From Octopus bimaculoides (Eukaryota): a stretch of DNA of 64,000 bases. Position 1 is the first letter of the stretch. Each line of letters begins with the position of its first letter. The position numbers and the translations under genes are program-made. Below are positions 12,441-24,660 of this stretch, in pieces. Location of the stretch: positions 117,766,025-117,830,024 of the forward strand of contig NC_068982.1 of NCBI RefSeq assembly GCF_001194135.2, given 5' to 3'. The notes below the pieces were generated by a model. That model was not told where the DNA came from. It saw only the letters and a list, made by a program, of their open reading frames with translations, and did not search any database.

Positions 12441-12882
12441 TCAGTTGCCAATTTTTAGTATCGAAAATGTATAATGAGGAAGAGAAAGCTGAAGAAAAGA
12501 TGTAAAAATAGGATTATAAAATGATGTTGACCTCGGGTTGAATACCAGATTATAATATAACAATATAGCTTCTGTCGATATGACAATAAAGAACATCGAA
12601 TTGATTGACAATGTAGACGATTGCGACATTGTTATAAAAGAATAAACTTAAGACGAGTGATTCTATCCATAGCTGTAATATTGAATATAGGTGAATGAGT
12701 GTCAGAAGGAGTTCGATCAAACTGCTAGAAGTTGTAGCCAAATCTCCCTCGAATCAAATACATTGATGAATAAAAGAACAAATATAGTGAACCTCATAGT
12801 TTTAGGTAACCATATAAAAAAAAAAGTGACGAAAAAGTCGATGAACATTTTCGAAGTGCTTTTAATCGTTTCTTTTTTTCAG

Positions 12883-12960
12883 CGGTGTTAATCTGCAGTT
12901 TAAGAAGTGTCACTTTCAGAGTTTGTTGCAGTTTAAACCGGGTACCATTATCTGAGAAGA
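12883..12960 (+). CDS. Candidate exon completing the signal peptide: (T)VLICSLRSVTFRVCCSLNRVPLSEK
   Basis: Strong acceptor atcgtttctttttttcag, donor aga|gtaata; 78 bp, phase 1-1. Joined to 10165-10201 it gives MFILTFCLIYLWTVLICS. Confidence 0.4.
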
Positions 12961-14154
12961 GTAATAATGAAAAGTTTTCACGCCCTAATCATTGTTTCTT
13001 TGCTTAAAAAATTAATTTACACTGCATTATATCTTTGATACACCCCACCTTACTCTATTTTTAAATTTTAGATGATAAAATGTATTTATGACTATAGTAT
13101 TACTATCTCTAGTTGTTTCAGCAACTGAGTTTAGGCTCTCTGGAAACAATTATGTTTCCAGGGACGGCTATTAAATAAAACAAGTAGGTATGCGTAAGGT
13201 AGCCAGGTAGTATTGATGTCGAGCTGTACTCCAGAAACAATGGTACATCTAGAACAATTCTCATCCCACTAAAACGATAGGCACACTAGGTATGTCAGGC
13301 ATATTTTTAGAATACGCCTTAGAAATAAAAAGAGAAGTTATACTCAGATCTAGAAGTTTCGATCATACGACTCCGCAATCAATCAAATAATTATAAGAAA
13401 ATGCAAAATAAGCAACAATAAAAAAGCTAATTTATAATCCCATTATTATATTTTTGTAATACATTCAGTGTTTGCACTAGCAAATAATAACGAGATGTTG
13501 CAACACAAATAGGAATGAAATAAACTGGAAGCAAAATCAATATGAGCTACATTATACATCAACCATTACTAACAAAACAGTCAGCAAACAAAAGCTGGCA
13601 GACAAGGGTTATGGGCTAGTACTTATGTCAGTTTAATATGTTTATTCCACCGAGATCGGGTAAACTGGACATATGTAACTGTCCTTTAGACATAAAAGAT
13701 TCTACGTTATAAATTATTGCGTTTTATTGATATTTTTGTAAAAAAATGGAGGGAGACTAAATCTCCGATTCGACTGCTAGAAATAATAGCTAAATATCCA
13801 TATTACTATGGTGCGCCATTCAAACGTGCCTTTTTAATTAGATAACGATTGTCGAATTTATCGCTAACAAATGAAAAGTTCATGGTTGGAATACAATTCA
13901 CATAATAAATGTTCGTTTGGTCTACCTGCAGAACTTAGTAACATCTTTGGAATGTTGGATCAGAAAAAGACAGACACACTATACAGAGAACCTGATGTCT
14001 GTTATTCAACTTCTGTACCAGGTTCTAATATTCATTTGCAAATTTACATATCTCTCAATAATTGTACACATGGCCGAAGAAGAAGAAAAGAGAAAGATTG
14101 TGAAAACCAATGCTGCATTTATAAAAATTTTGGAAGAAAGTTTGTTTGAAGAGC

Positions 14155-14720
14155 GTCTCAGTACTGCTCCATGGTGTGAATGTGTGTACGTTCTGTGAGT
14201 CTGGTTTTATATTTTTTGCCCTCTAGCTTTATATTTCTCAAGAGACCAATTGTTGCACGTATAATGTCTATTCCAGGCGGTACATTCTAGCTATCTCAAT
14301 TTCCATATTATATTTAGATGAGTTTTGCAATGCTTTTTCACGATTTACAAATACACTACTTTTGGAATTGATATGTGGATTTGGCGTTGTTTCTTTACCT
14401 GAATGTCATTGATTACAGTACCTGGTCGATTAGCGTTGAAATCCTTCACTATATCGACTAACATATCCCAGGGTACAGTTATTTTGTCATTCTCTGAAAC
14501 TCAAATTTCTTGTTCTTTGTTTTATTCTTATGGAAAATGTTTTCTATCCCCTCTTTTTCGGTAGCTATTTCAAAACACTCGGATAATTTCCAGTGTATAT
14601 AAGTCACAACTCTTTATGAATGACAGTGAATAATTAGAAAGTAATTACTCGGTTCTTCTGAGTCTTGATTCATTCTGATAGTACAAAACCGTTTTCTGCT
14701 TGTTTGAATCCCTTCTTTGT
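14155..14720 (-). mobile_element. Old R4/Dong-like retrotransposon 3' fragment (RLE domain)
   Basis: YIHWKL...ENDKITVPWDMLVDIVKDFNANRPGTV...HISIPKSS...KYNMEIEIARMY, a degenerate version of the RLE seen at 19600-19990. Confidence 0.7.
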
Positions 14721-14959
14721 GGACACGAGGTAAAAGCGTTTGATTCGATGTTGTGATAAAGAATGTTTAGTCATAATTTTGAGACTGCTCTTCTCAGTTC
14801 CGATAGCAATTTTTCTCCGTTTATTTCCAGTTTAAGATTATTTAAGCATTGACTAAACGGAACATTTTATACCAACAAAATAAAATTCTCTGGACCCACA
14901 TTTTAGATTTTTGTGGTTATTTCACCTTGCGACTGTTTATCATTCAACTTTTGTCATTT

Positions 14960-16370
14960 TCACCCGTTTCACCCGTTTCACCACACGTTCTGCATTTGTC
15001 ACTATCGGTAGTGTTGTCTATTCTACACTTCATATAATTGGTGCTTAACGCTTGATTCCGAGCTGCGCATATGTGTGCATCTGTTTCTATCTTGAGGTCC
15101 CTTGTCCTAGTCCATAACTACCGGTCCTCTTTATCTGATTTGGTGTTCACGCCTCTTGCAAACTGACCGTACATTTTCTTTTCCTTCCATGCTGTTCCTT
15201 TTTTTTCTTCTTTTTATTTTGCTCATTTCTTGTTTAAGTTTTTCTTTAGTTACAAAATTTTCAGTTTTGATGACGCCGTCTTTCTTCGCGTGTTTCAGCA
15301 GTAGCTCAACGGCATTTCTTATGTACCATCCTAGGTTGTTTCTCTCTGCTTCGATACAGTCCTCGCAACTGATCAAACCTCTCCCACCCTTTCTTCTGGA
15401 CAAGTACAGCCTGCCAGTGTCACTCCTAGGGTGGAAGGTTACGTGTACTGTCAACGTTTTTCTAGTCTTGATATTAATTTTCTTCATTTCTCTCTTTTGT
15501 TATTTTATAATTCCCGCTCCAAATAGAAGTGATGCTATCGCTTACGTAGTACCGGCATGGATTTAATTCTATCCAGTCGGTTTTGAGCGCAACACCTGCC
15601 TCAGTCTTCCGATATAATCTATCCTCACTTGCTCTTTCATTTCCTTTTCCATTATCTCGTTGATGTCTTGTACACGAAGGCCCGCTTCAATTTGCTTAAT
15701 CAAATCTCTATTCAGTAATTCTATCGCTGCTTGGAATTGTACCTTGCCACTTTTTAGGTACATTATTGAGCACTTCTTGAGTTCAATCCCATCATTACTT
15801 CAGCAGTAGACCGTGTTCACCAAGGAACTCACTTATGTCTCATATTTGCCATACAGTCTCCAATCATCCATGAAATGGAGGTGTTTGATTGTCTTGGATT
15901 ATTCTTTTAGTTTGTACCCAAGGTGCATTTCCCTAAGTACCAAGGTCAGTGGTGTCATGCACACTACAAAAAGCAAAGAAGATACTTCTTCTGATATCTA
16001 GAAGACCCAAAATGTGTCTGTAAGATATCAGTTCAGTTATTCATTCCACCATTCTTCTCGTCAGGAAACACGTTACGATCCTCACAATTCCAAACAGATC
16101 TAAACACTTGATGATCCGCAAATGTGGAACCATATCATATGTTTTCTGATAGTGAATCCAGACCATTCCCAGATTTGTTGTCCTTCGTTTAGAATCTTGC
16201 ATTACTATTTTCTCTAACAGTAGTTGATATTTGGTATCTCTGCATCTCCTACAGCCTTTTCGTTCCGGCGGTAATATAACGTTCTCAGAGATTTATACAG
16301 TTCGTCTGCAACTCCTCCTGACAGTAACTTTTCTATATTAATGAGAGGTAGGAAATTCACCAGTGTAACA
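14960..16370 (-). mobile_element. R4/Dong-clade non-LTR retrotransposon, decayed RT, thumb and zinc knuckle
   Basis: LLFVVCMTPL, HLHFMDD (YxDD), HPRSDTGRLYLSRRKGGRGLISCEDC, DLKIETDAHICAARNQALSTNY, KCRTCGET; multiple stops and frameshifts. Confidence 0.92.
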
Positions 16371-16632
16371 GTCAGACTGTTTCAAGTATCTAAATTTCAA
16401 ATGACTATGAATGAATAAAAGTGTAAATTTTAGGAATTAAAGTATTAAGGTAGGAGAAACGTTTTAAGTTAATCTGAATCTAACGAAAATAGTAGCTTAC
16501 TGAACTGGTCTGAGAAAGTGTGACTTCGGCTGAAATATATTACTATGTCAATAAGTAGTCTTCAAAAGTACTGAAGAAAGTGATTGAGAGAGAAAGAGAG
16601 ACAGAAAGGCGTAGAGAGAGTGCTAGTAAAAA

Positions 16633-16728
<96 letters not shown>

Positions 16729-17045
16729 CGAAATGCATGTGCTTTCAACAATAGTTTTAGCATTGTAGCAGTCAAGGTGTTTCAAATACTAAGTTTCATA
16801 TGACTATGAATGAATAGATGTGTAAGTCTTATGAATTTGAGCTTTAAGCAAGAAAGGAGAACCGTTTTAAGTTATTCTGAATCTATCGAGAAACTACCTT
16901 GCTACTTGAATTGGTCTGTGAAAGTATGGTTTCGGCTTCGGAATTTTACGATATGAGCAAGTAAATTTCGAATGTAGTGAAGTGATAGGCGGAGGGAGAG
17001 AGACAGAAAGACGTAGAGAGAGTGGAGGTAAAAAGACAGAGGGAT

Positions 17046-17136
<91 letters not shown>

Positions 17137-17261
17137 AAGAGAGAGAGAGAGAGGAAGTACAAGTACTTTCAACAATAGGTTCAGCATTGTAGTAGTCAGG
17201 GTGTTTCAAAAAGCTAATTTTCATATGACTATGAATGAATAAAAGTGTTAGTTTTAGGAAT

Positions 17262-17362
17262 TCTTCCGGTATAATCTATCCTCACTTGCTCTTTCATTTC
17301 CCTTTCCATTATCTTGTTGAAGTCTAGTACACCAAGGCATTTGTATCCTTCCGTTTCAATTT
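17262..17362 (-). mobile_element. ~100-bp internal R4 RT fragment inserted in the third array unit
   Basis: Near-identical to 15605-15695; encodes EIETEGYKCLGVLDFNKIMEREMKEQVRIDYTGR. Confidence 0.85.
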
Positions 17363-17462
17363 CAGCAAGGAAGGAGAAGCGTGTTACGTTAATCTCAATC
17401 TAACGACAAACTAGTTTACTGTTTGATTTGGTCTGCGAAAGTGTGTATTCGGCTGAAGAAAA

Positions 17463-18684
17463 GTATCTAGTCTTTCTCATTCGCAAAATGATACCCACTT
17501 AATTTTGCTCAGATTGCTTTCAGTTTTGGTGTATCGATGCCACTCTGAATTTTGATTACGATCAACCAATTACTTTATCTCGTAAATTATAGAATTTGAC
17601 GTTATTTGGAATTAAAGTTAAGAAATATGGGTAATTTTAGCCAATCAACAGACAGCGTGACATTAACAGCTCGTTCCCATGACAACTGCACACTGTGTTG
17701 TGGTTCACTGTTGTCTGTGCTGCTGTTGTTTATGCTGTTTTTTCACACTTGATGCTTCACATGATGAGATTCTTTTCACCCGCGTGTTTTGTTTTAATTC
17801 TTCTGTGTATTAGCATATTATATACTTTCTTGGGCTTCTTTGTGCTAATATTTTTACACATTTTTCGTTTGATATAGTTTCGGGACTCATTGGCTCAGAT
17901 AGCTGGATTTATATTTCACTAGGTTAATTTCTATTCATAAAAATTTAAACTAGAAGTAGGGATATCGTGGGACAAAGAAACTGTGAGCGATACAGACAAT
18001 TTGACATTATGTTTAAATTCTGCTTGCAAAAATATATAAGTTACAGGTATTCTTTTTCTTCGGGACAAATACTTTGTTGACCAGTGTTATTTTTATCGTA
18101 GTTTAGAAATCCAGGCATGAAAACGTTGCTCAACTTTGAAGTTTTGGAGACACACGCCCTTATTTCACACACATACATACACACACACACATGTACTTAT
18201 ATATATTAATGATGTACACAAATACATGACAGGTACACATCATACTGAAATACGCATAAAGTGAACACATGCAGATAAATATATTAATAGAATAATTTTT
18301 TTTTTAAATGATAAAATATATAATCAATAAAGAGACAAAAGAAACAGTAAGATGATGCCTGTTGACTTTATTAGGTATTTCTGTTTATTTAGTAACCTAT
18401 AATGAACATGTCAGAAGCTAAACTATAAATTTCCTAGGGTACAACCTTAAAGTTGACACCGTTCCGCTAAACGCAGAAAATTCTTTTTTCGCTATTGGTT
18501 AAAAACACCCAGTTCTTTCAATTTTGAAACCTCTGTAACATTTTTCTCCAATTATTTTTTTCGCCACAATATCATACATTCAAAGCAATTAGACTGGAGG
18601 GCTACATTATTATAGCCGATTTTCAGAGTTTTTTCACTTCCTTTTAAAAATGCATGTATTGCGAATAAAAAAAAAACTAGATCC
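17463..18684. mobile_element. Non-autonomous DNA transposon, ~25-bp TIRs, 8-bp TSD (Merlin-like; MULE possible)
   Basis: TSD GAAGAAAA at 17455-17462 and 18685-18692; termini gtatctagtctttctcattcgcaa / ttgcgaat(a)10ctagatcc; removing it restores the array unit. Confidence 0.8.
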
Positions 18685-18831
18685 GAAGAAAATTACTGTC
18701 ATTAAGTAATCTTCAAAAGTAGTGAAGAAAGTGATAGAGGGAAAAATAGAGAGAGAAAGGCATAGAGATTGGTGGTAAGGAGACAGAGGGACAGAGAAAG
18801 AGAAAGAGAGGGGGAAGACAAAGAGAGGGGG

Positions 18832-18892
<61 letters not shown>

Positions 18893-19170
18893 AATGCATG
18901 TGCTTTCCACAATAGTTTCAGCATTGTAGCAGCATGGGTGTTTCAAATAACTAATTTTCATATGACTATGAATGAATAAACGTATACATTTCAATAAATT
19001 AAGCTTTGTGCAAGGAACTAGAAGCGTTTCAAGTTAATCTGAACATAACGAAAAAACTAGTTTGCATTAGTCTCTGAAAGTCTGATTTCGGCTACATAAT
19101 TTTACGATGTGAACAAGTAATCTTTAAACGTTGTGAAGAAAGTGACATAGGGCGAGAGGGGGATAGATAG

Positions 19171-19221
<51 letters not shown>

Positions 19222-19309
19222 AAGAGAGATAGAGGTAGAGAGAGAGGGGGAGAGAGCGAGAGAGAAGTTGGAAATACATGTGCTTTGAACAATAGGTTTA
19301 GCATTGTAT

Positions 19310-19470
19310 TATTATCTTTTGTAACAGTTCTACTGGGGACTGTATTTCAATTTCCTTTATCTTCCTCTTGATGCCTTCTGATACTATTCTCAAGGACCCA
19401 ACAATAATTAGCACTACCTTCACCTTCTCCATTTTTCATAGCCGGGCTATTTCGCACTTAAAAGGATTGT
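19310..19470 (-). mobile_element. R4-like C-terminal RLE fragment (second family)
   Basis: FKCEIARL*KMEKVKVVLIIVGSLRIVSEGIKRKIKEIEIQSPVELLQK. Confidence 0.7.
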
Positions 19471-19471
19471 A

Positions 19472-19472
<1 letters not shown>

Positions 19473-19519
<47 letters not shown>

Positions 19520-19990
19520 AAGTCTTATTTTCAGCCCATACTTTCAATGCACTACCGAGCACAGTTCTGTGTGCCTTAGATATGTGCTGCAGTTTGTTGT
19601 GATGCTCTTATTTTTACTGTATTGAAAGTGCTTTATGTAGAATGTGTGCAGTGCTTAGTAGTGCTATTTTCTGTATGTTATATATACTTGTTAGTCCTGG
19701 TGTTTTTGTTATGTATTTGTCTGAATACTTTTTTATCATACATAATGTGCCTGCTATGATTGGAATTGTTTCTGTTTTTAGACTCCACATTCTAGTTACC
19801 TCTATTTCCAGATTTTTTCCCATTTCTTTTAGAGAAACGTTGTCATCTGTTGGTATTGATACATCGATTAGAAAGCATTTTTTTCTTGATGATATCTGAC
19901 AACTATATCTGGCCTATTGGCCTTAATTTCTCTATCTGTGTGTACTGGCATATGCTTTCTCATTTTCTGTGACCTTTTCTGTCGTGTATC
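19473..19990 (-). mobile_element. Dong/R4-like element 3' end with RLE endonuclease, 3' UTR and (TAA)n flank
   Basis: KKCFLIDVSIPTDDNVSLKE...LEIEVTRMWSLKTETIPII...NIQKIALLSTAHILHKALSIQ*, followed by a (TAA)n tract at 19473-19516. Confidence 0.92.
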
Positions 19991-20990
19991 TGGGCAGGGA
20001 ACACTGACGGGGTCGGGGGCGTAGGAATACTTCTAGNNNNNNNNNNAAGAAGAAGAATGGGACGGCCGTGAGGTGTGTGTGTGTGTGGGGGGGGGAAGAA
20101 ACACAGTTCAGAGAGTGGACAAGGAAGCTTAGGAAGTCATTTAAATATATTTCAAGATATATTCAAAGAAAGTCAAAGCCACAAATATATATCAGTATAG
20201 GAGTAAATAAGAATGAATACAATTCAGGTGAATGAAAGCGAAGATCAAACAAGAATATTACAGACACATTAGTATGGTACTCAAGACAGAAATAAAGGCA
20301 AAGATCAGAAAAATATACATTAATACATTCAACGTTCCCCAAAATAAACTACACCTTTAATGCAATAAAACTTTAGAAATGTTACGACAGCATTTAGATA
20401 CACCACTTAAAATCCGATATTAGTAGTCTATATATATTTACTGCAAGCAAAATATAGAAGAAATATTCAATTAATAAGCCGCTATCTTGGGGGGTGAAAA
20501 AATATCCTTGCGTAAAGCAACAGTAGATTAATTCCCGCAGCGAGGGAACGTAAAAGATGATAATGTCGTCGACAATCTCAAGGGTGAAGAAAAATATCAA
20601 TAGTATAGTCTAGAGAAATATGAGACAACAGATAGGTTTTGAAACGTGTCGATGCATACATGCATATATACACACATATACACATACATACATACCTACA
20701 AACACATATATATGTATATGGATGTATATATATATATATATATATACATACATATATGTGTGTGTGTGCATGGTTCTACATACAGCGGGAGTGAAATAGT
20801 ATTACATACACGTTCTGAGTTAGGAGCTGTCAGGTAAACACGCAATTACGAAATTAGATTTCAGATGTATATTCAGCCCAGCCATTTGCCGCTCACTCCT
20901 GATATTCCTCGCCCTGCATTCAGTTGCTCATTTAGTGTGAGAGCATTATATAACAAGCTTGCAGGTCAGTAGCTTAGTCACGAAAGTAGG

Positions 20991-21052
<62 letters not shown>

Positions 21053-21560
21053 CCCAAACACACATCCCAAACACACATACGCCCACGTCTGAGTGCATGT
21101 GTAAAATATATTTACACACATGCAAACAGAAGCGACTGGAGGCGCACATATTCTACATACATATTCAGTGTAGTTCTCGGAAAGCAATCCGATATATTAC
21201 AACAAAAATTAAAAGAAGAATCAATATGGAGTACATGTAGAGTTGACTAGTTTAAAGATGTGCTATTGTACATGCATTAAAATATAAAATGTGAATTTCA
21301 TTATTTAAATATATTTTCGTAAAACGTTTTTAAGATATCATGACTTTCTTCCTAATAATATTTCTTGTTTTCTTTGTTCCTTTGTCATTTCGAAGTAGGT
21401 ATAAATATGTAACGGTGTCAGATTAGATACGGTGTATATTGAAACCATTATATTTGTCATTTCATGTAACATATATTACCTACATCTCTCTGAAACACAC
21501 GTATTTATTTGTATGTCTGTCTCTTTCTCTCTCTGTATGCCTGAACCTTTCTTTCTGCCT

Positions 21561-21631
<71 letters not shown>

Positions 21632-22949
21632 NNNNNNNNNNNNNNNNNNNNNNNNNNNNNNNNNNNNNNNNNNNNNNNNNNNNNNNNNNNNNNNNNNNNN
21701 NNNATATATATATATATATATATATACATATATATGTATTTATATAAATGTGTGTATAAATATATATGTATGCATATTGTTCTCTTTGTTAAAATATCTC
21801 ATAAGCACTTAATTGTATGAACCATGTCTTTAACTTCCTTATTCTATTCTAGAAACATGAAAATGCAAATCTATATAATATATGCAGCCAACAATTGCAA
21901 ATTCATACCCTTCAAGGTCATCATCGAACGGAAACAAGTTTTGTTAAACGATGAAAATTTCGCTCGAATGATATTATTTCCTCAATTCAATTTTCTTCGT
22001 TAAGAAGCCCAAAGGTCACAATGAGTGTATGCAGAATGAAAGATATAATAATTGAATATTTCTTACAAATAGAATGTTCCGAACCAATAAAAATTCACAT
22101 CGGATTACAATGCAGGAGTATGAAGTGTTTTAGATTACGTCAAAATATTTGAAAATTACAGAAAACAGAAAACGAGAAAATCACATGGGACAAAAATGAA
22201 ATTAAATAAGATTTCATATGTTTTATTTAATAATTCTAACAATACAGAAAATATTATAGAACAGGATACGCCGAAAGCGACGAAAATAATAATTTTGGAT
22301 TGATTTCGAACACAAGATTAAATTAATGTGAGAATAAATACGCTGAAGAATATTTCGTCAATAATTAAGGTTATAATATAATTTTATACAAATACATTCA
22401 GGGAAGTTGTCGTCGACAGCTTTGAAATATTGATATAATAATAAAACATTGCTGCTGATATTGGATATTATATAATATAACCATTTCTTATTTATGACTG
22501 ACATATCATCTTCTCTTAGTATAGAAAGTAAAATAACTTTAGCATATAATTTTTGATTATACTAATAATGTTTTGAACGATAGCATTTCTGGTGGAAGAT
22601 GAGTTTTCTTTTTCTGGAGAACAGGTTGTTCTTCTTTGGTTTTTGCTTGATAAACATAAACAATTGAAAATAATTTCGAGTGTGAGAAGAAACTATTCAA
22701 ATATATTGCGAGTTCGTAATACAAATTTACCACAGACGTTTCGTGTTACACGAAATTTTGAAAATTATGGATTAGCAGCCATACAATATACATACAACTG
22801 ACTTTCTTCTATATACAGCACATGGAGCTGTAAATCTTTTACAGGTTCGAAACAACTCTGACAGTCTGTGAGGAATGTTTCGTGAGCGGAAAATTGAAAT
22901 GTATAATAAAATTAATAGTTCGAATCTTTTTTTAATCATGCCAAAATGT

Positions 22950-23340
22950 GGCCCGCATAATGTTCTATACTGCCGCTAAGAAGCGGATGAAAACAGTTAA
23001 TGTTATCAGGAAAGAGCAGAAATGGCGGTAAATACTCTGTGAAAGTCAAAATGGTTATCCACACAGTAGAAAACTGTGTATGACGAGAACTGCGATGAAG
23101 TAAGGGAGGTAGGAACGGATCTTGTTGTGTATGAACGCATCTTCTCAAAACCAATAAGGAAAATGCCAGATATTACAGTATGATGTGAAGAACATATGAT
23201 ACACTTCGTTGAAATAACTGTTGCACACGAAGACAATTGAGACGCAGCCCATATTTAGATAAAAAGATATAAGACGCTACTTGACGACTGTTTAGATGAT
23301 GCTTGCCAAGCACTACTATTGGATATCGTTGGAAAGGAAT
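22950..23340 (+). mobile_element. Decayed RLE-type non-LTR retrotransposon endonuclease fragment (HERO-like)
   Basis: DLVVYERIFSKPIRKMPDITV*CEEHMIHFVEITVAHEDN*DAAHI*IKRYKTLLDDC...DIVGK, matching the PD..ELTVP.E.N...A...K..RY..L pattern. Confidence 0.65.
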
Positions 23341-24210
23341 GATAAAACCTGCCTGCAGAGGTGATGATCCCGAAAGGGAGCAGAGGTCAAATACTAATCA
23401 ATAGAAAGAGTAGATAAGGTTTCATACCAGTGAGGTTGGGTAATGCATCATGAAGGCCGTGCGACTCTGAGACAAGACAAAACGGGTGTATAAGCAACGC
23501 AAAGGAAAATTCCCTATACAATTGGAAACGGAAAGTGGACAGATGAAAATCTGAGAAAAATGAACGGTGAAAGAACAAAACCTGTGTCGAAAAAACAGAA
23601 GAAAGTGATTAGCAGAGAGAAGCGTGATTGAATATGTCAGCAGTGAAGCGAGAAAGATCAAGCGGTCAAGCGGCAAAAAATTGGGAAATGCCACGGGCCA
23701 CATGGTATTGGGAAGGGTGAGCAATGAAAAAGTGACGGAGAGCATAGCGACAGAAAGCAAGAGACAGGTAAGGTGGTTGGAGAAGGTATGTGAGAGAAGA
23801 AGTGAAAAGAAAAAGAAGGTGACCTCGCACAAAAATGTTCTGCTTTATAGAAATAGCGGGAATTTACAACAACTGGCAATATATAGAAAACTGAGGGACC
23901 ATCAGTCACTGAACTTGCAATATGCAAAGTCGCTAGTTAGATAATTTCAATAACTGATGGTCACTTAGTTTCACAACGGAAGGTGGGCACAAGTAGCACG
24001 AAACGGTTGTCTCGAGTTCCCATTGCCTCCTAGAATATGGTAGGGGCTCGGTCCCCTGCTTGCAATACAGTAATCTTTCGCCATATCGCAGTTCACCTAT
24101 CGCGCACTCAGTACATCGAAGATTTTTCTGGCTAATATATGTAAATTCATATTGCAGACACCTCAGTATATTCGAGTTTCTGCGGACGATAGGTATTTAT
24201 CTTGTTTTAG

Positions 24211-24298
24211 ATTTTAACTATTTCGGTGGGAGATTTTTGGAAACTAATACTCGTAATAGTCGAGGAATCACTGTATCTACAGAGTGCAGTGTGCATCG
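24211..24298 (+). CDS. Candidate ectodomain exon FNYFGGRFLETNTRNSRGITVSTECSVH(R)
   Basis: Acceptor tatttatcttgttttag, donor cg|gtaacc; phase 1-2, open. Confidence 0.3.
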
Positions 24299-24606
24299 GT
24301 AACCAGCTCGCAGAGGATCTGGTGTGGTTAAACCGGCAGTAACGTCGAACAGCCATATTGATGTGGCGATAAGCATTACTTCTTAACATAATTACTGCTT
24401 CCATCTCTTATACAGATATTGTAACTAGCTACTATGCTTGTTATATAATTATTTAATTGAAAGCTACGCATTTCCAAGTAAGTTTATCTTAAACTTTTCT
24501 ATGCTACTCTACTCTATACTGATTTCTCCCCTATCCTCTCTAATTCCCTTTTTCTCCCTTTCACCGTTTTCTATGTCTGTCACGCTCACTGTTTCTATTT
24601 TTCTCT

Positions 24607-24611
<5 letters not shown>

Positions 24612-24656
<45 letters not shown>

Positions 24657-24660
24657 CGTG
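24612..24660. repeat. (GT)n microsatellite
   Basis: Directly visible. Confidence 0.97.

Larger units (their letters stand above)
16378..19308. repeat. Diverged tandem array of four ~400-bp units (A-B-A-B), each carrying a (GA)n tract
   Basis: Recurring gtgtttcaaa...tcatatgactatgaatgaata...ttaagttaatctgaa...catgtgctttcaacaatag...agcattgta blocks; units start at about 16378, 16777, 17201 and 18938. Confidence 0.9.

Noticed and set aside
16378-19308. Array as CRISPR-like or as tandem exon cassettes (minus-strand tag acceptor plus HMKIS.LKHP..YNA..IVES)
   Set aside because: Eukaryotic context with no unique spacers. One unit has a frameshift and stops recur in the unit core. A mild synonymous excess in one pairwise comparison was not seen in the others.
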